A stretch of 64,000 bases of DNA, taken from an uncultured delta proteobacterium. GTDB taxonomy: Bacteria; Myxococcota_A; Polyangia; Haliangiales; Haliangiaceae. Location: positions 2,496,001-2,560,000 of the forward strand of contig CAWKDB010000010.1 of the NCBI GenBank assembly GCA_963848295.1. Reading direction: 5' to 3'. Both the position numbers and the translations under genes were made by a program. Below are positions 61,866 to 64,000 of the stretch, piece after piece. How positions within the stretch are numbered: the first letter of the stretch is position 1; each line of letters opens with the position of its first letter. The notes under the pieces were generated by a model. It ran no database searches and had not been told where the DNA came from. It saw nothing but the letters and a program-made list of their open reading frames with translations.

Positions 61866-62294
61866 GTGAGGTGTGTGTTCGCGTATGTGCTCGCGATCGG
61901 CTGCGGCCATGGCGCAGCGGCGGTATCGAACCGCGCCACTCCAGCACCGCCAGAACCGTGCATCGATCATCGCTACGACATGCACGCGTGGATGAGCTTG
62001 TACGCCTCGGATGATCCACACGACCCTGACACCCCATACGAGGCGGCTGACTCCGCGTGGCACGCCGCCGAGCCGCGGTTCGTCCCGTGCTACCGCGGCT
62101 ACACGCCAGCTGATACGAAGAAACCGCTCCGCATCGGCGTGGAGTTCAAGATCAGCGAGGCCGGGGTCGCTCATGCGATCCAGACGTGGGGTCCCGACGC
62201 GACGGTCGATCGCTGCGTATGCGAGACGATCAAGCGAATCGCCTTCCCACGCGTCCACCCTCCGCTCGCCGCCACGCTCGCGGTTGGCCCGTAG
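61866..62294 (+). CDS. Lipoprotein with TonB_C/AgmX-like domain
   Basis: Lipobox AIGC; FVPCY..VEFKISEAGV..VDRCVCETIKRIAFP. Confidence 0.65.
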   Translation: MRCVFAYVLAIGCGHGAAAVSNRATPAPPEPCIDHRYDMHAWMSLYASDDPHDPDTPYEAADSAWHAAEPRFVPCYRGYTPADTKKPLRIGVEFKISEAGVAHAIQTWGPDATVDRCVCETIKRIAFPRVHPPLAATLAVGP

Positions 62295-62618
62295 CTACGT
62301 CGGACCTTGCTTGCGCACGAGGATGATCGAGTGTTGCACCGTGATCCGCAGGTGATCGAGCCCGGCGATCGCGCACGCGGCGTCTTGCCAGGCGACATGA
62401 CGCAGCGACAGCGTGACGGTGCCGACGACCTCATCCGAGACGACGAGGTTTACACTCGCGGTCTTCGCGAGCAGCCGGAACACGTCGTGGAGGTCGGCCT
62501 CCTTGACGTCGAGATCGAGCGTGGCGCCGTGGTGAATGCCGCCCGCGCAGAGATCGCGATCGGCGTACGCGGAGTGGGTCGCCGCGACGAGTAACGCGAG
62601 CGCCATCGCTTTCGACAT
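62295..62618 (-). CDS. Stand-alone secretin N0/STN-like domain protein
   Basis: Signal peptide plus LDLDVKEADLHDVFRLLAKTASVNLVVSDEVVGTVTLSLRHVAWQDA. Confidence 0.8.
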   Translation of the reverse strand: MSKAMALALLVAATHSAYADRDLCAGGIHHGATLDLDVKEADLHDVFRLLAKTASVNLVVSDEVVGTVTLSLRHVAWQDAACAIAGLDHLRITVQHSIILVRKQGPT

Positions 62619-63151
62619 CAGAACTCCATGTCGAGAAAGTCCACGATGCCTTCGATGATATCGGGCTGCGGCTCGGAGCCCTCCGCGCCACCTTCGATGA
62701 CGCGAACCTCGTCGCCGCGGCGGAGCACGATCGCCCAGCCGTAAGCGATCTTGCCGTCGGGCGGTGGCCGGGCGAACGATCGCCGCCCGCCAGGCGCGAG
62801 CTGCCACAGCGGTTCTGCCCACGAGCGAAGCTCGTCGCGCTGGTCGTTCGACAGCGCGAGCGTTTCGGTCTTCACGTCGGTCCGCGGTCCACTGCGGTCG
62901 GACCACGAGGCCTTCGCGGCGCGATAGTCGCGCGAGACGGTCACCACGTGCACCCGCATGTCACCGGTGCCGCGATCCATGAGCTCGAGCGCGCCATCGT
63001 CGATCGCGACTTCGCCAAACGGCGAGACGCTGATCGTGAACGGCTTCGCAACCGGCGACCCGCTGCGGTTCGTGGGCGTGTTCGCCGCGGGGGTCGAACA
63101 AGCCATCACCGCGCCGAGCACCACCGTCGCATGCGTCATCCGGAGCGGCAT
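62618..63151 (-). CDS. Hypothetical lipoprotein
   Basis: VMAC lipobox; stop overlaps the next start. Confidence 0.65.
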   Translation of the reverse strand: MPLRMTHATVVLGAVMACSTPAANTPTNRSGSPVAKPFTISVSPFGEVAIDDGALELMDRGTGDMRVHVVTVSRDYRAAKASWSDRSGPRTDVKTETLALSNDQRDELRSWAEPLWQLAPGGRRSFARPPPDGKIAYGWAIVLRRGDEVRVIEGGAEGSEPQPDIIEGIVDFLDMEF

Positions 63152-63215
63152 TCGCCGATCATGCTACAGCCTGCGACCCGTTGAATCATTTCGGGGTGAC
63201 GTGCGTATAGTTCGT

Positions 63216-63653
63216 ATGAGACCGGATCTCGGTGCCGCGGGATTTCCACTCGACCCGGAGTGGTACTGGCGGATCGCGGAGAGTGCGAGCTCGCTGAACG
63301 CCGCGGCAGCCGCGCGCGACTTCATCACACCGCTCGCACGCATCGCCGCCGGTCGGTTCGCGATCACCACGGTCGCGATCGACGACGACATCCGCGGGTT
63401 GCGGCTGCGAGTCGACGACCTACTCGTCGAGATCCGGATCGCGCGCGACACCTCCGATCGGATCGCGATCAATCGCCTGGTCGGCGATCTGAATGCCGCG
63501 TTCGCCGCGTTGAAGCTCGGGCGGTCGTTCGCGATCGTCGCGCCGCGCAGGTTCGAGCTTCGAGGCGTGTTGCTCACCGATGACGAGCTCGCGGCGTTAC
63601 TCGGCGATCCGATCGTCGTGATCCCGTCCGCGCGACCGTCCTGGCGGCACTAG
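63216..63653 (+). CDS. Hypothetical protein
   Basis: TATAGT before ATG 63216; protein-like ORF. Confidence 0.55.
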   Translation: MRPDLGAAGFPLDPEWYWRIAESASSLNAAAAARDFITPLARIAAGRFAITTVAIDDDIRGLRLRVDDLLVEIRIARDTSDRIAINRLVGDLNAAFAALKLGRSFAIVAPRRFELRGVLLTDDELAALLGDPIVVIPSARPSWRH

Positions 63654-63808
63654 CTCGACGCACCTCGACCATACGCCGCGTTCTTGCTCGACTGGCGAAC
63701 AGGTGTCCCGGGACGCTGCGAGCCGTCCCGGAACGCCGCGGGCCGGCCGGAAGTCGCGGACATCACGCGCCCTTTGATCGGCACGAGAGGTGCTGTAGCG
63801 ACGGTCCG

Positions 63809-64000
63809 ATGACGACTTCGCTAACAGCGATCGCGGTCGCGCTCGTGCTCGGCGCCACCCCAACCGTTCACGCCCAGTCGGCTCCGGTCACCGTGGCAGA
63901 ACAGCTGTTCCGCGACGGCAAGCAGCTGATGAAAGAGGGCCGGTTCGCCGAGGCGTGCGCGAAGTTCGAGGGCAGCGATCATCTCCAGAGCAGCATCGGC
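63809..64000 (+). CDS. Secreted TPR protein (partial, runs off the window)
   Basis: Signal peptide, then AEQLFRDGKQLMKEGRFAEACAKFEGS. Confidence 0.8.
   Translation, partial: MTTSLTAIAVALVLGATPTVHAQSAPVTVAEQLFRDGKQLMKEGRFAEACAKFEGSDHLQSSIG

Overview
This is a GC-rich bacterial window. The gene content (five Hanks-type Ser/Thr kinases, a sigma54 enhancer-binding protein, many Cys-rich lipoproteins, a TPR-type secreted protein) points to a myxobacterium; that assignment is inference. 1-35 kb looks like core-type chromosome: an Omp85-DUF4390-NtrY-like kinase operon, kinases, radC, a catalytically dead S9 peptidase homologue, tig, a serpin, and a DUF1328-NtrC-hybrid kinase cluster with stress genes. 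36-53 kb is a decayed mobile patchwork around tRNA-Gly(CCC) at 50256-50327. The 5' half of that tRNA is duplicated at 43535-43571, bracketing a ~6.7 kb island with integrase, IS21 and IS3 remnants, a PIN/excisionase toxin-antitoxin pair and an orphan HExxH toxin-immunity cassette. Best candidate for an undescribed system: a translationally coupled operon at 54336-58800 (minus strand) with an upstream sigma54-type promoter, encoding an NTT/TLC nucleotide transporter, a POTRA-less Omp85 barrel and a lipoprotein with atypical-kinase motifs. This suggests nucleotide export that fuels an extracytoplasmic kinase. Second signal: 16 sigma54 -24/-12 motifs lie before genes, several of general-stress type. 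Six place the start codon exactly 14 nt after the -12 C, implying near-leaderless sigma54 transcripts. All calls come from reading motifs by eye; no database searches were run.
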